Shown here piece after piece: positions 6,466-14,953 of a stretch of 32,000 nt of DNA. The stretch's first letter is position 1. Every line of letters starts with the position of its first letter. Origin of the DNA: Raphidiopsis brookii D9 (GTDB taxonomy: Bacteria; Cyanobacteriota; Cyanobacteriia; Cyanobacteriales; Nostocaceae); the NCBI GenBank assembly GCA_000175855.1, contig ACYB01000038.1:1-32000 (forward strand), written 5' to 3'. The notes below the pieces were generated by a model, which was not told where the DNA came from, did no database searches, and saw only the letters and a list, made by a program, of their open reading frames with translations. The position numbers and the translations under genes are program-made.

Positions 6466-8374
6466 ACTTGACAATTCTCCTATATCTTCCCAAAGCTAGT
6501 AAGGGAAAATACTGTTGATAAAGATGATATTTGAGATAAAAATGACCGGGGAAACCAGTTCCAGTAAAGTATGACTCATGCCAAGTACCGTCTAATCTTT
6601 GGGTTGTTAATAAGTAATTAACAGCTTTTTCCATGCTGGTAAAATCAAACTTTTGCCCTGCTTCACCAGCAGCAATTAGTCCCATTAGTCCCCATGCGGT
6701 TTGAGATGGTGTGCTATCACCTTTTCCCTTAAGGTTGGAGTCACCATAACTCAAACAGGTTTCACCCCAACCACCATCAGGGTTTTGCACTTGTTTCAAC
6801 CAGCTGGCACCTTTTTCTAGGTTACTAAGATATTTCTGGGGATTAATCAAGGCCAAAGCTGATAACACACCACTGGTTCCATAGATATAATTAACTCCCC
6901 AACGTCCAAACCAACAACCTTCTGTTTCTTGTTCCCCCAGCAGATAATTCATAGCTTGATCTAGCTTCTGGGATGGGATGGATAGTTTACAAACACCCAA
7001 CATTTCAATTACCCTAGCGGTAACATCCGCAGTATTCGGGTCAATCATAGCTTTCAAATCACCGTATGGGATATAATTGAGCCATTCTTGGTCATTGTCA
7101 ATATCAAAAGCGGCCCAACCCCCGGATTTGCATTGCATGGATATAATCCAATTTACAGCTCGTTTAATAGCTTGTTTTTTTAGATTTTCATTGGGTAATT
7201 TGGCTTGATGTAAGGCCATTACCACCACAGCGGAATCATCCACATCAGGATAAAAGCGATTGTCAAATTCAAATGCCCAAGCACCTGGTTGGCCTTGTTT
7301 GTTTTTGACACCCCAGTCTCCATAATCTATTATTTGCTTATCTATTAACCATTCCCCAGCTTTGACAATTACTGGGTCGTCCGGAACCATACCCGAATCA
7401 ATCAGAGACCGAATTGCCCAAGCTGTGTCCCATACGGGAGAAACACAAGGCTGCACGCAGTAGCTGTTATCTGTTTCGATGACAAAATTATCAACCGCCT
7501 TTAAACCTCTATAGATAATTGGGTCATCTGGTTTATAGTTTAGACATTTTAAAGCTAATAAAGAATTTAACATGGCAGGAATAATTCCCCCCCAGTCCCC
7601 TGTAGACTCTTGGCGCTCTAAAATCCATTTCTCTGCTGCTTTTATCCCCTGGTCTCGCAAGGGGACTAAATTTAAGTTTTCTGCCAATTTGAACCCATCA
7701 TCTAAGAGGGTGAAGATGTCTGACCAATCATTGTTTTTTGGCAGTGACCACTGGGCATTATCTATTCCTTCAGCATATAGCTCATCTAAACTAATAGGAG
7801 AATCGATATCAAAGACTGGTTTTCGATTAAAGACTATTAATAATGGCACTGTGCTAGAACGGGCCCAACTGGAAAGCTCATAAATATTAAAAGGGAAATA
7901 ATCTGGTAATAGCATGACCCAGGGTGGTAATGAAGGTAACCCGCGCCAGTTATAACAACCGATTAATGCTAGATGTAATTTGGTGAAAATCCGGGTTTTA
8001 CTAATGCCACCTTTTTTTAAAATCCAGGATTTGGCTTTGACCAGTGCTGCATCCGTTACAGGTACTCCCAATAACCTTAAACCCATATAAGCTTCCACAC
8101 TGGTACTGAGATCTCCCCCATCTCCATAGTATAGTTCCCAACCACCATGTTCTCTTTGTTGACATCGCAAATAATTTTCAATTTTATATAAAGCTCTATT
8201 TTGGCAGGTTCCCCAAATTTTATGTAACAGTAAAACTTCTACAGTAATGGTCACATTTGACTCTAGCTCACCCCACCAATAGCCTTCTGGTCTCTGAATT
8301 GACAATAGATACTCTTGACTAGCGGCGATCGCCTGTGTAATTTCTTTAATATTTATTCTAGGTTGTGTTTGCAT
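6452..8374 (-). CDS. shc: Squalene-hopene cyclase
   Basis: 640 aa with repeated QW-type motifs (QxxxGxW, e.g. QRPEGYWWG, QREHGGWE, QESTGDWGG, QCKSGGWA, QNPDGGWGE, QRLDGTWH). The class II terpene cyclase DxDD motif is present (DVDDSAVVVMAL). Confidence 0.93.
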   Translation of the reverse strand: MQTQPRINIKEITQAIAASQEYLLSIQRPEGYWWGELESNVTITVEVLLLHKIWGTCQNRALYKIENYLRCQQREHGGWELYYGDGGDLSTSVEAYMGLRLLGVPVTDAALVKAKSWILKKGGISKTRIFTKLHLALIGCYNWRGLPSLPPWVMLLPDYFPFNIYELSSWARSSTVPLLIVFNRKPVFDIDSPISLDELYAEGIDNAQWSLPKNNDWSDIFTLLDDGFKLAENLNLVPLRDQGIKAAEKWILERQESTGDWGGIIPAMLNSLLALKCLNYKPDDPIIYRGLKAVDNFVIETDNSYCVQPCVSPVWDTAWAIRSLIDSGMVPDDPVIVKAGEWLIDKQIIDYGDWGVKNKQGQPGAWAFEFDNRFYPDVDDSAVVVMALHQAKLPNENLKKQAIKRAVNWIISMQCKSGGWAAFDIDNDQEWLNYIPYGDLKAMIDPNTADVTARVIEMLGVCKLSIPSQKLDQAMNYLLGEQETEGCWFGRWGVNYIYGTSGVLSALALINPQKYLSNLEKGASWLKQVQNPDGGWGETCLSYGDSNLKGKGDSTPSQTAWGLMGLIAAGEAGQKFDFTSMEKAVNYLLTTQRLDGTWHESYFTGTGFPGHFYLKYHLYQQYFPLLALGRYRRIVKSTWL

Positions 8375-8502
8375 AAAAGATCGACTTTAACAGATTCCCC
8401 ACTCATCCGTGGAATTTGGCCATCTAGCCTTGGTGATATTTATTATATTATCATATTTGTTTCCAGTATATTTCTGATTAAACTAATACGTTAGAGAAAG
8501 TT

Positions 8503-9684
8503 ATGCTGCTTGCGGAGATGGAACAAGTTTTATTAGGTTTGATGGTTTTATCCTTAGGGACTTGGTTGTTTTTGTTTTTATTTTGGGGGCAGTTTTGGCG
8601 GGTAGATCAACTATTAAAGCCTACAACCCCTACAACAAACAACTTTACATCTTTACCCAAAATTTGTATAATAATTCCAGCACGTAACGAGGCAGATTTT
8701 GTAGCCATAACCATAAAATCACTTTTGTTACAAGACTATCCAGGAGAGGTGAATATATTTCTAGTGGATGACCAAAGTAGGGATGGTACGGCCGATTTTG
8801 CCGAGGAAGCAGCTTATGCAGTTGGTCGGGTTAACCAACTAGAAGTTTTGACTGGTGGGGATTTACCCACAGGTTGGACTGGCAAAATTTGGGCAATGGA
8901 ACAGGGTGTGCAAAAAGCTCTGGAATTAAACCCAGATTATTTTTTGTTTACCGATGCGGATATAGAACATCATACAAGAAATTTAGGTCAATTAGTCCAC
9001 AAAGCAGAAACAGAAGGTTTAGATCTAGTATCTATAATGGTCAAGCTCCGATGTGAAAGTTTTTGGGAAAACCTATTAATACCTGCTTTTGTCTTCTTCT
9101 TTCAAAAACTCTATCCCTTTGCTTGGGTCAATAACCCCAAGAAATCTATAGCTGCAGCAGCTGGTGGATGCGTTTTAATTCGTAGACAAACCCTAAGGAA
9201 AATTGGGGGACTAAAAACAATTAGTCACGCTTTAATTGATGATTGTTCTTTAGCCAAGGCTGTGAAATCCCAGGGAGGAAGAATTTGGTTAGGACTAAGT
9301 TCCCTAACTGTCAGTTTACGTCCCTATAATTCCTTAGGAACCATTTGGAACATGGTAGCTCGCAGCGCCTACACCCAGCTAAGTTACTCTCCCTTACTAT
9401 TAATGGGTAGTGTGTTGGGTATGGTGATAGTTTATATCTTACCTGTGGTGGGAATCATTATCGGTTTGGCTATAAATAACGTGCTGATCTCTCTCCTGGG
9501 TCTAATCACTTGGCTATTAATGAGTTTTGCTTACTTACCTATCATTAAGTTTTACCAATGTGCTCTCTGGTTTGCTGGTTGTTTACCCCTAATTGCCCTG
9601 CTTTATACCTTAATGACCGTAGATTCAGCTTATCGTCATTGGCAAGGTAAAGGTGGTAGCTGGAAAGAAAGGGTTTATTTGTGA
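8503..9684 (+). CDS. Family-2 glycosyltransferase with membrane anchor, hopanoid-associated (HpnB-like)
   Basis: 393 aa: an N-terminal TM, a GT2 core (IIIPARNEADFVAITIKSLLLQDYP, FLVDDQSRDGT, FTDADIEH) and a C-terminal multi-TM region. It is divergently adjacent to shc, the arrangement described for the hopene-associated glycosyltransferase HpnB. The subfamily assignment is from memory, not from a search. Confidence 0.65.
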   Translation: MLLAEMEQVLLGLMVLSLGTWLFLFLFWGQFWRVDQLLKPTTPTTNNFTSLPKICIIIPARNEADFVAITIKSLLLQDYPGEVNIFLVDDQSRDGTADFAEEAAYAVGRVNQLEVLTGGDLPTGWTGKIWAMEQGVQKALELNPDYFLFTDADIEHHTRNLGQLVHKAETEGLDLVSIMVKLRCESFWENLLIPAFVFFFQKLYPFAWVNNPKKSIAAAAGGCVLIRRQTLRKIGGLKTISHALIDDCSLAKAVKSQGGRIWLGLSSLTVSLRPYNSLGTIWNMVARSAYTQLSYSPLLLMGSVLGMVIVYILPVVGIIIGLAINNVLISLLGLITWLLMSFAYLPIIKFYQCALWFAGCLPLIALLYTLMTVDSAYRHWQGKGGSWKERVYL

Positions 9685-9799
9685 TATTTATTGGTAATTG
9701 TCCTAATTGTCGGGATTTGGGCAAAAATCAACGATTATTATGTTATGGGTTTATGGGTGCCCATCGTCTATTACTCAATCCGGTTTCATTGAAGTTTTC

Positions 9800-11374
9800 A
9801 TGAGAATATTTTTGTGGCGTTCCGCATGCAATATACTAGTCACCCTTTCCCTATTGGGACTAACGGGAGCTTCTGATCCTATCAGTGGTCAAGATAGGGA
9901 ACTGAAAATTGGCATCGTCCAACGATTTGCTTCGGTCAAGACCGATAAATTAGAACTCAAAGCCACTCGCGATGACTATTTAAGGCTAAAATGGCAGACA
10001 AATGACGGACAAAAAACTGTGATTTCTACTGCTAACACTGTTGAGCTAATTCCAATCATGGAAACTCTCAGACAACCCCAAGTGTGGGAAGTATTGGTGT
10101 TGGGAGATTATCGAACTTTTGAAGCAGCAGAAGACAGTGCCAAAAACTGGCGTTCTCAGGGTCTGGAGGTGGAAATAGCCCAGCCAGAACGTTGGCAAGT
10201 TTGGGCAAAACGGGATGTCTACACTACTCCTTTACTTAGACGGCTATTATTAACAAGTATCCACAGGTCAGGTCAAAAAATACCTTATTTAAATACACAA
10301 GTTATTAAACAAGTAGCTAGGGTAACTTGGGAAGTTAATGGTCGCCAATATACCAGTAGTTATCTGGAAATAACTAGTCGTAAGGGAAAGATTTGGATTA
10401 ATAATACCCAAAACCCGGTAATAAAAACTTTTCCTGGTAGTTTGTATTTACAACCTAATGCTTATGGTAGCTACTCTTTGGTAAATCTCGTGGGTCTAGA
10501 AACCTATTTACGAGGAGTTTTACCCTATGAAATCGGCACAAAAGCACCCGAAGCAGCTCTTGAAGCTCAAGCAATTATCGCTCGTACTTATGCTCTCCGA
10601 AATATACATAGATTTGCTGTGGATAACTATCAGCTATGCGCGGATACACACTGTCAGGTATATGATGGATTGAATGGCGCAAGTAAAAAAACCGATCAGG
10701 CGATCGCCAGTACCAGAGGTCAAGTATTAACTTATAATAATGAGCTAGTGGATGCTCTATATTCTTCCACTACGGGAGGTGTAACAGCTTATTTTAGTGA
10801 TGTTTGGAATGGGGAAGATCGTCCTTATTTACGTCCTGTGGTAGATGCGCCTAAAAATATTTGGAACATATCCGAGAAAAGTTTAGCTGATGAAGAGAAT
10901 TTTCGTCAGTTTATTGGTTTAGAACAAGGATTTAACGAAAGTAAATGGGATGTATTTCGTTGGTATAGAGAAACAAATTTAGAGGATATTACTAAAGACT
11001 TACAAAAGTTTCTCAAAGCGAAAAATAGTCAATATGCCAATTTTAAGACTATTGAGGCCATGTCCATTACTCAAAGGAGCCACAGTGGCAGAATTTTATC
11101 ATTAGCTGTCAAAACGGATATTGGAGTTTTGAATTTACACAAAGATGAAGTTCGTAGCGCTTTTGCCGCTCCCGTAAGTACACTGTTTTACTTGCAACCA
11201 ATCAATAAAGGAAAGTCTCAGGTATGGGGATATGCTTTTATTGGTGGGGGGTTAGGACATGGGGTAGGTTTAAGTCAAACAGGGTCTCAAAATTTAGCTC
11301 AGTTAGGTTGGTCAAGTGCCAAAATTCTTACCTTTTATTACCCGGGTACAAAAATTGAAATTTTCCGTAGGTAA
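9800..11374 (+). CDS. SpoIID/LytB domain protein, paralogue 2 (long N-terminal extension)
   Basis: The tracked ORF starts at a TTG (9707). The ATG at 9800 gives MRIFLWRSACNILVTLSLLGLTGA, a plausible signal peptide. SpoIID motifs are present: YLRGVLPYEI, EALEAQAIIARTYAL, YSSTTGGVTAYFSDVW, GGGLGHGVGLSQTGS. Confidence 0.8.
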   Translation: MRIFLWRSACNILVTLSLLGLTGASDPISGQDRELKIGIVQRFASVKTDKLELKATRDDYLRLKWQTNDGQKTVISTANTVELIPIMETLRQPQVWEVLVLGDYRTFEAAEDSAKNWRSQGLEVEIAQPERWQVWAKRDVYTTPLLRRLLLTSIHRSGQKIPYLNTQVIKQVARVTWEVNGRQYTSSYLEITSRKGKIWINNTQNPVIKTFPGSLYLQPNAYGSYSLVNLVGLETYLRGVLPYEIGTKAPEAALEAQAIIARTYALRNIHRFAVDNYQLCADTHCQVYDGLNGASKKTDQAIASTRGQVLTYNNELVDALYSSTTGGVTAYFSDVWNGEDRPYLRPVVDAPKNIWNISEKSLADEENFRQFIGLEQGFNESKWDVFRWYRETNLEDITKDLQKFLKAKNSQYANFKTIEAMSITQRSHSGRILSLAVKTDIGVLNLHKDEVRSAFAAPVSTLFYLQPINKGKSQVWGYAFIGGGLGHGVGLSQTGSQNLAQLGWSSAKILTFYYPGTKIEIFRR

Positions 11375-11467
11375 GGATGGACCGATATAGACCAGGACAA
11401 TAACACCGCCATACTCTTATAGTCTCATAATTGTAGGGCGGCATTTGATTGGGATAGGGGGTAACTT

Positions 11468-11770
<303 letters not shown>

Positions 11771-12039
11771 TTATTCCTCTTTTGTGATCGGGAGTGTGAA
11801 CTACAGGTCAATAAAACCAATGGGTAGGTTGTCTTTTGAGAACAACCATCGGTTTTTATTTGCCTCAATTTCTGATACTAGGGGAAAAGTTAAATCTTGT
11901 AACGAAAAATCCACCACGATTAGTAATGAAGTTCAGTTCCCCACAAATGATAAGTTTTAGTTATGTAATTGAGTGTGGCACAATTCCCTGGTGGAAGGAT
12001 GAAGGCCAACTATACAACTCTAGACTGGGGAGGTTTTTT

Positions 12040-12693
12040 ATGTCTTCCACGGATTTTACACCCGAATTGCGGATTTTAATGGGCAAAGCTGGCATTTCCA
12101 GTTTTAAGGATCTTGGTCGTGCTGCTGGTATCTCAGAAAGGCAAATATTACGTCTACGGCGCGGTTCCGTATCAGGGATGAAATTAAACGTGTTACAGAA
12201 TTTATCTGCTATTTTAGGAGTTTCCTTGAATCAACTGGTGGAGACTTTCTCCGATCCTCTTAATCAAATGGAGACTAAACAACTAGATTCTGACTTGACA
12301 CGCCAACAAGTAATTCAAATACAACAAGAATACGAGCGATCGCTAGTCAAGTTAGAACAGCAGCGGGAAGTTTTGGAAAAAGAGTTTCAGCAAAACACAT
12401 TACAAGTTATAGAGTCTTTATTATTGTTTTTTCCTACTGCTGCACACAAGGTCAGGGCAAACCCCCAACTGGAAGCAATAAAAATATTACCCCTAGTGGA
12501 AAAACCATTGGAAAAACTCTTATCTACCTGGGGAATACAGGCGATCGCATCTGTAGGAGCAGAAGTAGCCTACGATCCTCAATATCAGGAATTGTTGCAG
12601 GGGACTGCTGAAATAGGTGAACCTGTGAAAGTAGTTTATGTTGGGTATAGACAGGAGGAGAAACTACTTTATCGAGCTAAAGTCAGTAGATAA
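12040..12693 (+). CDS. HTH domain protein with coiled coil and a GrpE-like C-terminal domain
   Basis: The in-frame ATG at 12040 is preceded by ggggagg, so the upstream part of tracked ORF 11836-12693 is probably not coding. The N-terminus LMGKAGISSFKDLGRAAGISERQILRLRRG is an XRE-like HTH and the middle is a Q/E-rich coiled coil. The C-terminus WGIQAIASVGAEVAYDPQYQELL...GEPVKVVYVGYRQEEKLLYRAKVS matches the GrpE beta-domain pattern (G..FDP..H.A......V...GY......RPA.V.V). Confidence 0.6.
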   Translation: MSSTDFTPELRILMGKAGISSFKDLGRAAGISERQILRLRRGSVSGMKLNVLQNLSAILGVSLNQLVETFSDPLNQMETKQLDSDLTRQQVIQIQQEYERSLVKLEQQREVLEKEFQQNTLQVIESLLLFFPTAAHKVRANPQLEAIKILPLVEKPLEKLLSTWGIQAIASVGAEVAYDPQYQELLQGTAEIGEPVKVVYVGYRQEEKLLYRAKVSR

Positions 12694-12752
12694 TGTGTAG
12701 AGCGTAAAAAGTCTTTTGGTGGGAGTTGACATGGTGAGTGTTTATTTTTAGT

Positions 12753-13055
12753 ATGGAATTAGATGGTAAACCTAAACACCGCATCACCCTGTTATTTATG
12801 CCTCCTCGTTGGCCACGTAAACCTGACCGTAAAGACCCAGAATTCCGCAAGTTAGATGATCGGATGAATTTTGCATTTCACATAGCTGTTGCTGCGACCA
12901 TTAATTCTGGTCTGTGGTTTTTCCATTTTCTCAAATCCACGTCTTGGGAATGGTTAACCCCACTAACCCTGCTGTGGGTGGGGGTTATATTCTTGCACTT
13001 GCTCTATATTACATTGATTGCTAATTACGAGGAAGGACAGGAAGTAAAGGATTAA
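12753..13055 (+). CDS. Small membrane protein, 2TM-domain-like
   Basis: About 100 aa with a basic N-terminus (PPRWPRKPDRKDPEFRKL) followed by two hydrophobic helices (FAFHIAVAATINSGLWFFHFL and LTLLWVGVIFLHLLYITLIA). The start could instead be the GTG at 12738. Confidence 0.5.
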   Translation: MELDGKPKHRITLLFMPPRWPRKPDRKDPEFRKLDDRMNFAFHIAVAATINSGLWFFHFLKSTSWEWLTPLTLLWVGVIFLHLLYITLIANYEEGQEVKD

Positions 13056-13073
13056 GTATGGGAAATCCAAACT

Positions 13074-13382
13074 ATGGACAAAATTAATAGTGCTGAGTTG
13101 TTAGAATCTCTAGCATCGGAAATAGGTGATAATGTTTACATGGATATAGCAAAGTGGCATTTGTATCTAACTGATGCCAAGCTCCATCATCTTTTAGCAG
13201 AAGGATGCTATTCCTTGCTGATTGATCACAGTATTACAGAGGAACGAGTTTTAGGATTGTTATCAACTATCAAGATCCAAATCGGTGGTGGTCGAAAGGA
13301 AGTTCCTTTAATTGACCTGTTACCTCTCCAGTGTCAAGTTCATTTGGTTGATATATTAGAAAAATATCAACAAGAATTTTAG
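13074..13382 (+). CDS. Conserved-looking hypothetical protein (102 aa)
   Basis: Clean ORF with coding-like composition and a short gap to its neighbour. I can name no motif with confidence. Confidence 0.45.
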   Translation: MDKINSAELLESLASEIGDNVYMDIAKWHLYLTDAKLHHLLAEGCYSLLIDHSITEERVLGLLSTIKIQIGGGRKEVPLIDLLPLQCQVHLVDILEKYQQEF

Positions 13383-13486
13383 AGAACGTTTAATCAACAT
13401 TGATGCAATTTACTGGGAGTGCTTGTGTTTCAACAGCTAAACTAGGATAAACAACAAATATAACTTTTCTATAAGGAGAGTTTAAT

Positions 13487-13706
13487 ATGTTTTTACAAGT
13501 CAAAGGTAAAGTAGACCTAGTTAAGATTGTTGATTTTCAGGAACTACTGGATCCCAACAGTAGGATAGTCCATGGAAAAGACCAAGAGGGAGAGGAAGAG
13601 CAGGACATGGATATCTATGAAAAACAGGATTTTGGTTTTTCCCTCGGGGGAAGAATTGCCCAGATGTTGGCGGGATCCTAATTATCGGAGTTTGACACCC
13701 AGATAG
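13487..13706 (+). pseudogene. Small protein gene with an apparent +1 frameshift in a T5 run
   Basis: The tracked ORF 13487-13681 ends ...DFGFSLGGRIAQMLAGS. Removing one T from the run 13636-13640 gives ...DFGFPSGEELPRCWRDPNYRSLTPR with a stop at 13704-13706, which looks like the conserved C-terminus of a small cyanobacterial protein family as I recall it. Confidence 0.5.
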
Positions 13707-13761
13707 TCCTGAATGGTTCCCCGTTTTTAAAAACATATCGGGATCCAATCCAAATTGTGAA

Positions 13762-14823
13762 CTACAAAGCAGCTAATTCAAATTCTATTCTGGATGATTG
13801 CAAATCTCGACCAATGAAAACTAGTCGGGTTTGTTTTTCTTCCTTCGGTTTCCAGGGGCGATCGTAAAACTTGTCAAATCGTGTGCCTACTCCCTGAATG
13901 ACCAATCGCATGGGTTTATTAGGAACAGCAACAAATCCTTTGATTCTATAAATTTCCTGTTTTTTTGCCAGTTTTTGCAGTGTGTCCTGCAATTTTTCCG
14001 GGTCAAAACTGCGATTAAAAATTAGATGGGTCGAGTTAATTTCATCATCATGGTCATGGTCTTCCTCCATGTCATGATGACTAGGACGCTGATCTAAATT
14101 ATCTTCAACCGCTGCTTGGTATCCTAATAATATGGACGGGTCAAGTTTACCATGATCGCTGGCAACAATTTTCACTTCCCTGGGTAATTCCTGGGTAACC
14201 AATTCTAAAACCTGAGACTTCTCTTGTTCATCCACCAAATCTGTTTTATTCAAAATCACTAAATCAGCACAAGCTAATTGATCTGCGAATAGTTCTTGTA
14301 ATGGCGTTTCATGTTCTAGACTGTCGTCTTTTTCTCTTTGATGTGCGATCGCCTGTAAATCGCTAGCGAAGGTGCCAGCTGCGACTGCTGCACAGTCTAC
14401 GACTGTAATGACAGCATCCACCGTAGCAGCGCTACGAATTTCTTGCCAACGAAAAGCCTTCACTAAAGGTTTAGGTAGTGCTAAACCGGATGTTTCAATG
14501 ACAATACAATCAATAGTATCACGGCGTTTAATTAGCTCCTGCATAGTAGGGTAAAACTCTTCTTGTACGGTGCAACATAAACAACCATTTGTCAATTCAA
14601 ATATGTTAGTATTTTCCTGATTTTGGGGATTGGTTGAATTTTCATCCTCTGGACAAACTTGGCAAGATTTTAATATTTCTCCATCTATTCCTAATTCACC
14701 AAATTCGTTTACCAGTACTGCTATGCGTCGTCCTTGGTTGTTTTGTAGCAAGTGACGAATCAAGCTAGTTTTACCACTCCCTAAAAATCCGGTGATCACT
14801 GTTACGGGTATTTTTGCGGACAT
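13762..14823 (-). CDS. COG0523 / CobW-family GTPase metallochaperone
   Basis: 353 aa with P-loop GFLGSGKTSL, the metal-binding CxCC motif (NGCLCCTV), ETSGLALP, NKTDL and a His/Asp-rich stretch (PSHHDMEEDHDHDDE). The C-terminal CobW_C-like domain is present (RIKGF...VIQGVG). Confidence 0.88.
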   Translation of the reverse strand: MSAKIPVTVITGFLGSGKTSLIRHLLQNNQGRRIAVLVNEFGELGIDGEILKSCQVCPEDENSTNPQNQENTNIFELTNGCLCCTVQEEFYPTMQELIKRRDTIDCIVIETSGLALPKPLVKAFRWQEIRSAATVDAVITVVDCAAVAAGTFASDLQAIAHQREKDDSLEHETPLQELFADQLACADLVILNKTDLVDEQEKSQVLELVTQELPREVKIVASDHGKLDPSILLGYQAAVEDNLDQRPSHHDMEEDHDHDDEINSTHLIFNRSFDPEKLQDTLQKLAKKQEIYRIKGFVAVPNKPMRLVIQGVGTRFDKFYDRPWKPKEEKQTRLVFIGRDLQSSRIEFELAAL

Positions 14824-14953
14824 GTTTACTGAGTTATTTTTCTACCTATTGATTTTAGCAAAAAATTGACCTAAACTAAAATTTCAGGTATGAACGTCAA
14901 CTTTTTCCAGAATAGGCTTTAATTATACTAGTTGAGTAAACTAGTAGATCTTT

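Noticed and set aside
9707-9799. TTG-initiated N-terminal extension of the second SpoIID/LytB gene
   Set aside because: The extension (MSGFGQKSTIIMLWVYGCPSS...) precedes a much better start: the ATG at 9800 is followed by a signal-peptide-like segment. The extension would also leave only 22 bp after the upstream gene.
11375-11467. Possible shared rho-independent terminator between the convergent SpoIID-2 and petF genes
   Set aside because: The only pairing is a 5-bp GC stem (ccgcc/ggcgg) around a ~27-nt loop with no clear U-tract. That is too weak to call.
11836-12039. Upstream 68 codons of tracked ORF 11836-12693, and the overlapping ORFs 11521-11724 and 11766-11960
   Set aside because: The sequences are low-complexity and not protein-like. 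An internal ATG at 12040 has a GGAGG-like site upstream and begins the recognisable HTH domain. ORF 11521-11724 is antisense to petF.
14824-14953. Searched for a Zur/Fur-type operator (AT-rich inverted repeat of the TGATAAT...ATTATCA kind) upstream of the COG0523 gene
   Set aside because: I could see no convincing match by eye. Only the tactagtt/aactagta palindrome is present, and it does not resemble the Zur box as I recall it. A position-weight-matrix scan would be needed.
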